A DNA stretch of 64,000 nt from Candidatus Poribacteria bacterium. GTDB taxonomy: Bacteria; Poribacteria; WGA-4E; WGA-3G. The translations under genes were made by a program, and so were the position numbers. Location: positions 3,616,001-3,680,000 of the forward strand of contig CBDANF010000003.1 of the NCBI GenBank assembly GCA_965197475.1, in the 5' to 3' direction. This document shows, piece after piece, positions 52,541-61,860 of the stretch (position 1 is its first letter; each line of letters starts with the position of its first letter). A model generated the notes under the pieces. The model was not told the DNA's origin and ran no database searches. It was given only the letters and a program-made list of their open reading frames with translations.

Positions 52541-54091
52541 TCACTTTTTAGGGCGTTTTGCTTCAAGAAGCCGCTGCACCTGTGCGGCGACATCTGGGTC
52601 ATTTTTTTGAAGATGTTTTATCCCCTCTTTGGCACCGTAGCGTTCCATCGTTTCAAAAGCTCGGATGATACGTTCGAGGTCAAACTGTGCTTCCCCACCT
52701 TTTAGATATATCTCCATCTCCTTCATCAGGAAGTTATTCGTATCAATAGGAGATGCAGCGTTTTCAATGCTTTCCACCCATTCAAAAAAATCGTTGAATT
52801 CCTTGTTGCGTGTTATTTCTTCAAGTTTCTTGAATTCCTCGCGTGCCTTTTTGGCAGCTGCTGCCCTTGTGGCCTCAGGATCCACCGTGTCCTGTTTTAG
52901 TGGCAGCGACGGGGAGTCATCAGACCAGTGGGGGGTGTCCTCAGGGAACGTTTCGGGGATTGAGGTGCTGTTGTCCACATCAAATGGATTCCCCATATCG
53001 TGGGGCACACTGACATCGAATTTCTCCTCCGCAATTGGGAGAATATAAGGCGTGCCAGCTTCAATCGCTTTAATATGAGATTTAGGCTTCCAATGCCCCG
53101 TCTTCTTATACGCACGCTTGTGGTAAACCCAAGCTGTCTTGTAGTCACCTATACGTTCATACGCTTCACCTAATATATGATTGCTCATCACGGGATAGTC
53201 CCCATGCGGCTCATCCAACTTCGCTGCCAACTTGAGATACGGGATCGCCTCCTCCGGTTGGTCTCTCCACAGGCGATTCCCTAAATGAACGTAGATGTGA
53301 CGCCGCACGGGGATCGCTTCTTCAAGCACTGAATGGACAATATGCTGCGAATACGGATCCCTCTGTAGCAACTCACGATACAGGGAGACCGCACGGGAAG
53401 CGTCTTGATCGGTATCCGCAAGAAACAACTTCGCCTCAAAGTGCTCAGGACTATCCGAAGCTGTTTCCGAAAGAACTCGTTCAGCATGGGCGCGAAGGAG
53501 ATCGTACGATCTTGTATTTGGATGGAACGTAATTTGTTCGTGCACCACTTTCAGATGTTTAAAAGCACTCACGGTATCTAGGCGCGCTAAGAGTGCCGGA
53601 CTATAGTTGCCATGTTTTTCATAAAAACGGACCGCAGACTCCATGTCCATATCGCCTACTGTCAGTTGAAGCACTTTCTCAGAATATTCTTCTCGCGTTA
53701 TTTCATCAGCTTCCATCATTTTACGCCACTCACGCTTCTGTTTCAGTTGTCCGACTGTATACAGGATAGGCTGGGGACTGATAACACCACAGCCGAGCCG
53801 GCTCATTATACTCTCCTTACGAACAGGGGTAGGTACGGGAGATGTTTTGTGCCACACCCCGTTGCGCCAATGTCCGCTTTCTGTGGTTTCGCCAGGTGGA
53901 GGTGGTTTAACTCCTCGTTTTGAGGATTGTGATACACGGGGTCCCTGCTGATTCGGTTCCGCAGAGGGGGTGTGCTGCGCGGTTTCTGTGTCCTGTTGTG
54001 GTTTCCCACGTTGTATCAAAATCACCGTGCTAATACCGATACCGATAAGGATACCGAGTATCCAATACGCGTTGTTTCTAAAGAATCTCAT
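52541..54091 (-). CDS. Cassette gene B: membrane-anchored TPR-like protein with KPPPPGET..GHWRNGVWH motif
   Basis: N-terminal TM, LG..L...EEAIPYLK.A, LGEAYERIGDYKTAW; C-terminus shared with the 54518 ORF. Confidence 0.85.
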   Translation of the reverse strand: MRFFRNNAYWILGILIGIGISTVILIQRGKPQQDTETAQHTPSAEPNQQGPRVSQSSKRGVKPPPPGETTESGHWRNGVWHKTSPVPTPVRKESIMSRLGCGVISPQPILYTVGQLKQKREWRKMMEADEITREEYSEKVLQLTVGDMDMESAVRFYEKHGNYSPALLARLDTVSAFKHLKVVHEQITFHPNTRSYDLLRAHAERVLSETASDSPEHFEAKLFLADTDQDASRAVSLYRELLQRDPYSQHIVHSVLEEAIPVRRHIYVHLGNRLWRDQPEEAIPYLKLAAKLDEPHGDYPVMSNHILGEAYERIGDYKTAWVYHKRAYKKTGHWKPKSHIKAIEAGTPYILPIAEEKFDVSVPHDMGNPFDVDNSTSIPETFPEDTPHWSDDSPSLPLKQDTVDPEATRAAAAKKAREEFKKLEEITRNKEFNDFFEWVESIENAASPIDTNNFLMKEMEIYLKGGEAQFDLERIIRAFETMERYGAKEGIKHLQKNDPDVAAQVQRLLEAKRPKK

Positions 54092-54104
54092 GTCCGTTCC
54101 TCCT

Positions 54105-54371
54105 CTATTTCCCTGCTTCGCGCGTGCAAGGCGGTCCGATTGATTTTGGACAAGGCGTTTCCTGTTTTTCCAATATGATACTGTCAGATCGGGGTTGTTC
54201 TATGCAGTCAAGTTTATCCATCTGTGTTGCGCGTGTCATTTTAATAGCACCGGTCAGAATAACCCCGCTAATCAAAATGAGAACTACTGCAGTGATGAGT
54301 CTCCGCCTGTTTTTCCGGTATGCAGCCATGGCTGCCACGTCAACTTTTGTAGTTAATAACTTCGTTTTCAC
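54105..54371 (-). CDS. Cassette gene A: small membrane protein
   Basis: GGAGG RBS + GTG; RRRLITAVVLILISGVILTGAIK; Cys/Pro tail. Confidence 0.75.
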   Translation of the reverse strand: MKTKLLTTKVDVAAMAAYRKNRRRLITAVVLILISGVILTGAIKMTRATQMDKLDCIEQPRSDSIILEKQETPCPKSIGPPCTREAGK

Positions 54372-54387
54372 AATTGTATATCCTCCA

Positions 54388-54504
54388 TTAAAATATGTCA
54401 AGCCAAATTAACGTAATGAGTTTTCCCTCCGAAATGCAGGGTATGCCAAGAAGTACACAGCAGAGGCAGAATATGCTGACAAAAAGGAATGTTCTGTTTT
54501 TCAT
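54388..54504 (-). pseudogene. Signal-peptide stub of a lost cassette gene C
   Basis: AAGGAG RBS, MKNRTFLFVSIFCLCCVLLGIPCISEG, then runs into the duplicated segment and stops (38 aa). Confidence 0.7.
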
Positions 54505-54517
54505 AAAAGTGTCTCCT

Positions 54518-56002
54518 TTACTTTTTTGGGTGCGGTAGACGTTTTTCAGCGAGGAGGCGTTGCACCTGCTTCGCGACCTCGGGATCGTTCTTCTGGAGAT
54601 GTTTTATTCCTTCTTCAGAACCGTAGCGTTCTAAGGTCTCAAAGGCACGGACAATACGGTCCGGTTCAAATTGGGCTTGCCCACCTTTGAGGAAGGCCTC
54701 CATCTCCTTCATTAGAAAGTTATTGGAATCCATAGGCGTATCTGCGTTCATGATTGTTTCTGCCCATTGCAGAAAATCGTTGAGCTCCTTTTGTAAGAGT
54801 TCTTGATTTTTCAGGAACTCTTCGTGTGCCTGTTTTGCGGCGGCAGCTGCGCGATCACGGTCGGAGTCTACTGTCTTGTGTTCAGATCCAAACTGAGGTG
54901 AGGTTTCTTTGAACCACGCGGTATCATCACGCGATGTTTCTGAGACAGTGCCAGTGTCTTGTGGAAAAGCATCTTGCACCTCAGGCAGTTTGCCGGTGTT
55001 TTCAAGGCGTTTTTCTTTAAGCTGGGGCAACGGTTGAATCCTGGGTCTTCCAGCTTCAATTGCTTCAATATAACCATCTAAAAGCGGACCATGCAGATAG
55101 GTTTGTGCCTTCTTAAGATATACCCAAGCAGTTTTGTAGTCCCCTAATCGCTGATATGCTCTTCCTAACGCAGCAAGTCCTGCTGAGGGGTCCATGCGGT
55201 TTGCACGCTTCAGGTGGTAAATTGCCTCTACCGGATGATCCATAGCGAGGTTAACCCCCAAACCGGTTAAGGCACCGATTGAATCCGGGAAGTCTCTCAG
55301 TATTTCTCGGAACTCCGCTGCTGACCGTGCATCGTCTGGACCTCTGTAGACGAGGTAAAGACGCCCTTCAAGGAAATCGGGGTTTTCATCTATGGCACGT
55401 TGCGCATATTCACGGGCACGTTCTCTAACATACGATCCCGACGGAAAAGTCCTAAGTACTTTAAAGGCACTTGCGGTATCCAGTCCTTCTGTCAAAATGT
55501 TAATCACTTCTTGACGTTTTCCTAAAATCCATGCTTCCAGACTTACGTCAACGTCGGGGACGATAGACATCTCCTCTCCAATTTGGTGAATAAGATCTAT
55601 TTTTTCTTGTGGGACACCAAGTTCTGACATAATCTCTGTGGAAGTTCTTCTCTCGTAGTCAGGTCTATGTGGATGGTGTTTCCATTGCTTTAGTGTTGGG
55701 AGGTCCGTATCCGTTTTTGATGGAGAACGGGTTGTTTTTAGAACCGCCCTTGGGGGTTTTCTCTTTGCAGGAGCGGCATACGATGTTTTGTGCCAATGGT
55801 CACCATGCCAATAACCCGTTTCCTCTGTCTCTCCGGGCGGTGGGGGTTTTTTCGCATCCGGTGTGTGATCGGCAATATCAGGTATGTTTTGGACAGCTTC
55901 CACCACCTGTTGTTGTCCGCGTTGTACCAAAATCACGGTGCTAATACCGATACCGATAAGGATACCGAGTATCCAATACGCGTTGTTTCTAAAAAATTTC
56001 AT
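54518..56002 (-). CDS. Cassette gene B: membrane-anchored TPR-like protein with KPPPPGETEETGYWHGDHWH motif
   Basis: GAGGAGG RBS, MKFFRNNAYW TM, EAIYHLKRA, LGRAYQRLGDYKTAW. Confidence 0.85.
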   Translation of the reverse strand: MKFFRNNAYWILGILIGIGISTVILVQRGQQQVVEAVQNIPDIADHTPDAKKPPPPGETEETGYWHGDHWHKTSYAAPAKRKPPRAVLKTTRSPSKTDTDLPTLKQWKHHPHRPDYERRTSTEIMSELGVPQEKIDLIHQIGEEMSIVPDVDVSLEAWILGKRQEVINILTEGLDTASAFKVLRTFPSGSYVRERAREYAQRAIDENPDFLEGRLYLVYRGPDDARSAAEFREILRDFPDSIGALTGLGVNLAMDHPVEAIYHLKRANRMDPSAGLAALGRAYQRLGDYKTAWVYLKKAQTYLHGPLLDGYIEAIEAGRPRIQPLPQLKEKRLENTGKLPEVQDAFPQDTGTVSETSRDDTAWFKETSPQFGSEHKTVDSDRDRAAAAAKQAHEEFLKNQELLQKELNDFLQWAETIMNADTPMDSNNFLMKEMEAFLKGGQAQFEPDRIVRAFETLERYGSEEGIKHLQKNDPEVAKQVQRLLAEKRLPHPKK

Positions 56003-56015
56003 GTCCGTTCCTCCT

Positions 56016-56282
56016 CTATTTCCCTGCTTCGCGCGTGCAAGGCGGTCCGATTGATTTTGGACAAGGCGTTTCCTGTTTTTCCAATATAATACTGTCAGAT
56101 CGGGGTTGTTCTGTGCAGTCAAGTTTATCCATCTGTGTTGCGCGTGTCATTTTAATAGCACCAGACAGAATAACCCCGCTAATCAAAATGAGAACTACTG
56201 CAGTGATGAGTCTCTGCCTGTTTTTCCGGTATGCAGCCATGGCTGCCACGTCAACTTTTGTAGTTAATAACTTCGTTTTCAC
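56016..56282 (-). CDS. Cassette gene A: small membrane protein
   Basis: Differs from the 54105 copy at 3 residues. Confidence 0.75.
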   Translation of the reverse strand: MKTKLLTTKVDVAAMAAYRKNRQRLITAVVLILISGVILSGAIKMTRATQMDKLDCTEQPRSDSIILEKQETPCPKSIGPPCTREAGK

Positions 56283-56818
56283 AATTGTATATCCTCCATT
56301 AAAATATGTCAAGCCAAATTAACGTACAGCAAATGCAACAACAAAAGCCCGCGACGAGACACTCCGTGTGAAACAGCGCGCGCGTGCGGGCGCGAAAATA
56401 TCGCAGCTGCTAACATCTGCGATAAGACTTTGTGAAGTAATAAAATTAACGAACGTGAAGTGGAGGGGGGGTATTAACTTATAGTTAAAATTCGCCAACC
56501 GACGTATGCTGCGTGAGCAAATCCTGCTCAGGTGGTAGGCATCCAGCGTGGTCACTTTCTGATTGTGGTATTCATATCTCGGTTTTTCATTGTTAAATCC
56601 CCTTTTTGCAAAATAGGTTAATGCGGTGCAACTTTATGTTAGACGCGCATAATTTCCATATTCACCCAATTCAACGTTATATATTGCAAGCTAGGTTACA
56701 GAAAATTTCAACTTTTTTCTAAAAATTCGCAAAAATTTAGATATTTACACCAATTTTCCCATGAAAATACTCGTAAGACTCGGGTTTGCCAATTTTCCAT
56801 TGTAGAAAACATGGGTGT

Positions 56819-57691
56819 TTAACGAAGTCTCCGATCAGCTAACTTGATGACCTGTCCGCTTTCCTGTGCAATATACATATAACCGAGTCCATCTAATGTT
56901 ACACCTTCTTGGTCATCCCCTGGCAATAGATAGCGATGGAGGAGAGTGCCATCTCGTTTGAGTTCGACCAAAAGGTTTGTTGTATCACTAATTAACACAA
57001 GAAAATCTGCTTGTGTATCGTAGGCAAGTCCAGAAATATCAATAAAATCCATCTCAAAAAAACGGATGATAGTCCCTTCCGCTACTTCTGTTTCAGGGGC
57101 ACTAAGCGGCACGACCACTTCACATACAACTGAAGGTTCACCGCTCGGTTTGAGATTAGCGGATTGATTACCGATCCAGAAAGTACCGCCTTCCGGATGT
57201 GAAAGGTCTGGGACAAATGCGATCGCTTCCATTCCCATGCCGCCCTTTTTCAAGAGTGTTTTGCCTTCAAAAGAACGGTTGATTTTATATTCCCGTTGAA
57301 CCGTGAGTGTCTGTGGATTAATTTCCAAGATGGCTTCATCATCTTCAACAGCAGCATAAAGCTGTCCGGTTGTAGGGTTAGTCGTAATTCCTTCAAGGTC
57401 ACGCCCTTGAAGATCCTTTGTTTGAACAACTTTTCCATCGGTGCAGATTTCATGGATATATCCTTCATCGTCTACAACGAACAGAGTCCGTCGTATTGGA
57501 TGATAGGTTACACCGGAAGGTTCCGCAATTGGTGCTTCGCTAATATTGCCTACCCACGTATACGGAAGTTCAATTGGTATAGAGGCAGCTCTTTTTTTCT
57601 TCTCTGAGTCCTCCATCTTAATGAGAAAGTAGACCATGAAAGCACTAACACCCAGAAAGCCGATCAGGACAAGAATTTTGTTATAGCGCAT
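56819..57691 (-). CDS. SdiA-regulated (YjiK-like) beta-propeller protein
   Basis: EPSGVTYHP..TLFVVDD, DLEGIT, DISGLAYD, QEGVTLD..YIAQE; N-terminal TM. Confidence 0.8.
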   Translation of the reverse strand: MRYNKILVLIGFLGVSAFMVYFLIKMEDSEKKKRAASIPIELPYTWVGNISEAPIAEPSGVTYHPIRRTLFVVDDEGYIHEICTDGKVVQTKDLQGRDLEGITTNPTTGQLYAAVEDDEAILEINPQTLTVQREYKINRSFEGKTLLKKGGMGMEAIAFVPDLSHPEGGTFWIGNQSANLKPSGEPSVVCEVVVPLSAPETEVAEGTIIRFFEMDFIDISGLAYDTQADFLVLISDTTNLLVELKRDGTLLHRYLLPGDDQEGVTLDGLGYMYIAQESGQVIKLADRRLR

Positions 57692-57902
57692 CGGTGTTAT
57701 CCCAAGTCTTTGAGCAGAAAATCTGTCAAAATATGTATAGGAGCAAGTTACAAGCCAAGTGTTTGTCAAGTATAAGACGGACGAAAAATAAAAACCTTTC
57801 TGATAATTGTGAAAGCACTTTTTAATGAACATTATGTTTGCAAAAAACTACCATATTTTTTATAGGATGTCAAGTGCAAAATGACACTAGTTTTCTTTTT
57901 CC

Positions 57903-57931
57903 TTGACAAACCTTTAATTCAATGATATAAT
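57903..57931 (+). promoter_or_regulatory. Consensus sigma70 promoter
   Basis: Exact TTGACA-17bp-TATAAT. Confidence 0.8.
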
Positions 57932-57991
57932 AAATTATTAAACCAGCATACAATATATAATATATAATGACCTTCAGCGAAGGGCAAAAAA

Positions 57992-59407
57992 ATGGCGAAC
58001 ATGTCAAGGTTAGTCGTTGAAGTCTTTGAACACGTCAATTATCAAGGACGCAAGATAACCCTCATAGAATCCATCCCAAATACTGGTGAGATAGGTGCCC
58101 AAGACGTTATCTCTTCTATTAAGATATACAAGGGACCTGGCTTCAGCGCATCTCTTAACTACAAAGCAATTTTTCATGAGCATGCAAATTTTCAAGGAAG
58201 ACGATTGGTCTTAGCACCAGGATTCTACCCGAACATCCATGAAATACCTTACAATTTCGGTGATGCGATTACCTCAATAAGTTTTAGTCCAGCCGCACAT
58301 CCGACACCACCGGAGTATGGTGCAGTTCCTGTTATCATAGAGGTGTTTCGAGATATAGATTTCAGTGGTCAGCGAAGCGTTATCATGCGTGATGTCAGTT
58401 CAATGTTTGAAATCGGTATGAATGATATGATCTCTTCTGTCCGTATTCAGCGCGGTCCGAGTTTCCCCTTCAGTGGGTGTCATATCATCTTTTACGAACA
58501 TGTGAATTTCGAAGGGCGTAGGATAAACATAGACTTGAACTCTCGTGAATTTCAGAAGTCAATCAGGAATCTTCGCTCCCTACCCCATTCACAATCGTTT
58601 TCTGATATTATGTCCTCCATAAAGATAGTGCCGTTAGGAGTCTTTCGCGTGCTAATCGTTGTTGGTGATAATCTAACAGGTGAACCTGCCGTTTTAGAAT
58701 CTTTTACTACGCTTGAAGGTTTAGAATTTCAATATACAACAGTCCATATTAACGATAATCCCGACAACCGAGGTGATCCAAAGAATGCTGTCAAACTTTC
58801 CCACATTTCCCTCTTTGATTACGACATCATTTGGTTCACTTGGTTTGCCACCGGGCATGACGGAGAGTATTTCGTTGAAGATGCTGATGATGACATCAGA
58901 GACTTCGTCAGGAAAGGCGGTATCGTGTGGACATCCGCTATGGATAACAATATCGTGCCTCCCGATGGTGTCCATGCATCTGAACCTGCATGGCGTGGGG
59001 ACTGGCTACCTGTAAATCGTCATCCTATTGATGTTGTTGGAGCTGAAGATTCCAACGTAACTATTACCGAGGATGGACAAAAAACAGGTATGTTTACTTG
59101 GCCCCATAAGATCAACGTTGATAATTTGGTGACGGACGACCATTGGGTTACCAATGACCCAAGTTACCGCAAGTTGGTAGTCAGAGAAGATAATGGCACC
59201 CCCATCAGCATCCAGTTGCAGTGGGGTGAGGGATACTACGTTGGCTTTGCCGTAGATACGCGAGATGCCCATCGCACGGCGGTCGCCAAACCTTTGATTG
59301 AAAATACCCTCTGTTATTTAGCAAGCCTTGCTTGGCAAACCTCTCCACGCCAACCACTCAAGGGACGTTATAGGACAAACCAAAGCGGTGACATAATCTT
59401 CCAATAG
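57992..59407 (+). CDS. Beta/gamma-crystallin (Greek key) repeat protein with C-terminal alpha/beta domain
   Basis: Four motifs FEHVNYQGR/FHEHANFQGR/FRDIDFSGQ/YEHVNFEGR, each followed by D..SS(I/V) or a close variant. Confidence 0.8.
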   Translation: MANMSRLVVEVFEHVNYQGRKITLIESIPNTGEIGAQDVISSIKIYKGPGFSASLNYKAIFHEHANFQGRRLVLAPGFYPNIHEIPYNFGDAITSISFSPAAHPTPPEYGAVPVIIEVFRDIDFSGQRSVIMRDVSSMFEIGMNDMISSVRIQRGPSFPFSGCHIIFYEHVNFEGRRINIDLNSREFQKSIRNLRSLPHSQSFSDIMSSIKIVPLGVFRVLIVVGDNLTGEPAVLESFTTLEGLEFQYTTVHINDNPDNRGDPKNAVKLSHISLFDYDIIWFTWFATGHDGEYFVEDADDDIRDFVRKGGIVWTSAMDNNIVPPDGVHASEPAWRGDWLPVNRHPIDVVGAEDSNVTITEDGQKTGMFTWPHKINVDNLVTDDHWVTNDPSYRKLVVREDNGTPISIQLQWGEGYYVGFAVDTRDAHRTAVAKPLIENTLCYLASLAWQTSPRQPLKGRYRTNQSGDIIFQ

Positions 59408-59446
59408 AAACAATTTCTGAAAGTGATGTTATATTTATAGGAGAAA

Positions 59447-61744
59447 GTGATGCGTTTTATTCTTGTTGTTGTCTTCTTAATCGCCGTTGCTATTGCTGTT
59501 GGATGGTTTACCTTCAGTTTCTTTGATGACGTTACACAAACAATCCGGGTGATGATAGTTGTCTCCGCCATCCTGATCGCAATTTTGGTTGTGTTGGCTA
59601 CCACAGTTATCCGCTATAGGATACCGAAGGCGGATGTTGCACTTGTCAGAACAGGTGGTGCCAGGGAAAAGATCCGTATTACCAGTGGTCTCTGGGTTAA
59701 CACAATTATCCATGAAATCAAAGAGATGTCCCTCAACACTATGCGAATTGAAGTTCTTCGGGAACAATCTGATTCTTTGATTACCAACAACTTCAACCGG
59801 GCCGATGTTGAAGTCGTCTTCTATATTAAGGTTAATCCAGATGAGGAAGAGATATTAAAAGCCGCCCAAGCCCTCGGTGACAAATCAATGACACCGGAAA
59901 CAGTCCGTGAGTTAATTGAGCCGATGTTGGATGGTGCCTTAAGAAGCGTTGCTGCCGACAGTGAAATTCAGGACCTCCTTCAAAAACGCATTGAATTCGC
60001 TGATAATGTTCAAGAGGCTTGTGGAGAAAATCTGAGACTCCATAACGGCTTGACACTTGATACCGTTTCCATTATCAGGGTCGATCAAACACCCATTGAC
60101 ATGCTAAATCCTGAGAATCGATTTGACGCTGTTGGTATCCGAGAAATCATTGAAATCACTGCCGAGCAAGAACGGGATAAAGAAGCTGCCATAAAAGCGA
60201 AAGAAGCTGCCATAAAAGATATTGAGGTTGAGCGGACAATTCGGATACTTAGAGCAGAACAGGAACAAGCATGGGCAGAAGCTGATCAACAGCGAAATAT
60301 CATTATCTACGATGCGGAGCGTGAAGCTGAAACTATTAAATATCAGTTTGAGATGCAACAAAGTATTCAAGAGCGCGAATACGAAATGAAACAAGAAGTT
60401 GAGCGTGCCCGTATTGCACAGGAACAGATTGTACAAGAACGGGAAATCGAAATGAACCGTGATGTTGAATTCGAACGCGTTGCAGCAGAGCAAATTGTCC
60501 AAGAACGAGAAATTGAGAAAAACCTTATTGTTGAAACAAGGCAGATTGAACAAACCAAAGTTGTCCAACTTGCCGAGATTGAGCAGCATCTCACTGTTCA
60601 AATGGAAAAAATTGAACAGGAACAGACAATTGCGGTTCGCGAGATAGAAAAAGAATTGTTCGTAGAGAAAGCACGTATCGCTCAGGAAGAGGGTGTGATG
60701 TTGCGAGATATTGAGCGAGACTTGACCGTGCAAACCGCTAAGTTCGCACAAGAACAACAAGTGCAACAACGCGAGATTGAAAAGAACCTCGTTGTTGAAA
60801 CCGCACAGATTGACCAAAACAAACATGTTGAACTTGCAGAAATCGCTAAGACATTAAACGTTGAAGTCAGCAAGATAAGTATGGAACAACAGGTACAAGA
60901 ACGTGATATAGAAAAAGAGTTGTTCGTAGAAAAGGCGCGCATCGCTCAGGAAGAGGGCGTTATGTTGCGAGATGTTGAGCGAGACTTGACCGTGCAAACC
61001 GCTAAGTTCGCACAAGAACAACAAGTGCAACAACGCGAGATTGAGAAAAACCTTGTTGTTGAAACCGCACAGATTGACCAAAACAAACATGTTGAACTCA
61101 CCGAAATTGCCAAGATGTTGTCGGTCGAACAATCCCGCATCAACCAAGAATTACGAGTCGCTCTCACTGACGAAGATAGGAAGATTGACGTTGCCAACAA
61201 ACAGCAGCTTACCGCACTGGCGGAGAAAGAGAAACTGGTTGCTGAGGCAGAACGCGTCGGTGCTGAAGTCAATGTTACCGCCACCGAACAGGTGAAAGAA
61301 GCTGAATGGCAACGTGATGTGGCAATCATTGGTGCCGAAGCACAAGCACAGCCGATTGAACGTCTCGCTGATGCTGTGTTGTCGGAAGCCCGTGCGAAAG
61401 CACAGGGTGAAATGGCAGAATACGAAGCCCGTAATGTCGCTGAACAACGTGTTCTCGTTCAAGAAGCTATCCTTGAACTGATTGATGAAGCACCAGAGAT
61501 TGTTGAACAACTGATGCGTCCGGTAGAGAAAATTGATAGTATCAAAATACTTGATATGGGTAATAATGACGGCAAAGGCGGCATCAACCGAAGCAGCATG
61601 GGACGGCTTGCGAATGCGTTGCTTGACACAGGTGCGATTTCACCGATGCTTAAGGAACTCTTTAACTTTGCCGATGTAGATGCCGAACAGGTAACAGACA
61701 AAATCGCAGAATATCTTGCCGACCTTGTAAACCGCCCAAGTTAA
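59447..61744 (+). CDS. Flotillin/SPFH domain protein with expanded coiled-coil repeats
   Basis: Two TMs, ALVRTG, FYIKV..AAQALG, GALRSVAA, N.FDAVG, PVEKIDSIKI. Confidence 0.88.
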   Translation: MMRFILVVVFLIAVAIAVGWFTFSFFDDVTQTIRVMIVVSAILIAILVVLATTVIRYRIPKADVALVRTGGAREKIRITSGLWVNTIIHEIKEMSLNTMRIEVLREQSDSLITNNFNRADVEVVFYIKVNPDEEEILKAAQALGDKSMTPETVRELIEPMLDGALRSVAADSEIQDLLQKRIEFADNVQEACGENLRLHNGLTLDTVSIIRVDQTPIDMLNPENRFDAVGIREIIEITAEQERDKEAAIKAKEAAIKDIEVERTIRILRAEQEQAWAEADQQRNIIIYDAEREAETIKYQFEMQQSIQEREYEMKQEVERARIAQEQIVQEREIEMNRDVEFERVAAEQIVQEREIEKNLIVETRQIEQTKVVQLAEIEQHLTVQMEKIEQEQTIAVREIEKELFVEKARIAQEEGVMLRDIERDLTVQTAKFAQEQQVQQREIEKNLVVETAQIDQNKHVELAEIAKTLNVEVSKISMEQQVQERDIEKELFVEKARIAQEEGVMLRDVERDLTVQTAKFAQEQQVQQREIEKNLVVETAQIDQNKHVELTEIAKMLSVEQSRINQELRVALTDEDRKIDVANKQQLTALAEKEKLVAEAERVGAEVNVTATEQVKEAEWQRDVAIIGAEAQAQPIERLADAVLSEARAKAQGEMAEYEARNVAEQRVLVQEAILELIDEAPEIVEQLMRPVEKIDSIKILDMGNNDGKGGINRSSMGRLANALLDTGAISPMLKELFNFADVDAEQVTDKIAEYLADLVNRPS
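60641..61110 (+). repeat. 88-aa (264 bp) internal duplication built from 22-aa units
   Basis: IEKELFVEKARIAQEEGVMLRD.ERDLTVQTAKFAQEQQVQQREIEKNLVVETAQIDQNKHVEL twice, offset 264 nt. Confidence 0.9.
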
Positions 61745-61860
61745 CAGGTTAGTTTTAAGTTTCAGCTGCGGAGTGTCCGCCCATTAACATTGCAAATAAC
61801 ACGCCTTCGGCGTTCAGGTTGCATCAGTATGCAAATTGATGAAACGAAAGCCGGTAAACC

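Larger units (their letters stand above)
54009..56326. repeat. Direct repeat of ~400 bp (54009-54415 and 55920-56326)
   Basis: Near-identical DNA at offset 1911 covering gene A and the first codons of gene B. Confidence 0.92.

Noticed and set aside
50356-56326. Diversity-generating retroelement template/variable repeats
   Set aside because: No reverse transcriptase in the window and repeat differences are not adenine-specific
56319-56590. ORF upstream of the duplicated cassette
   Set aside because: The RBS-ATG frame stops after 12 codons and the longer frame is unsupported; probably a degenerate leader remnant
60641-61110. CRISPR-like or non-coding repeat array
   Set aside because: The repeats are in-frame coding duplications with no repeat-spacer structure; no cas genes
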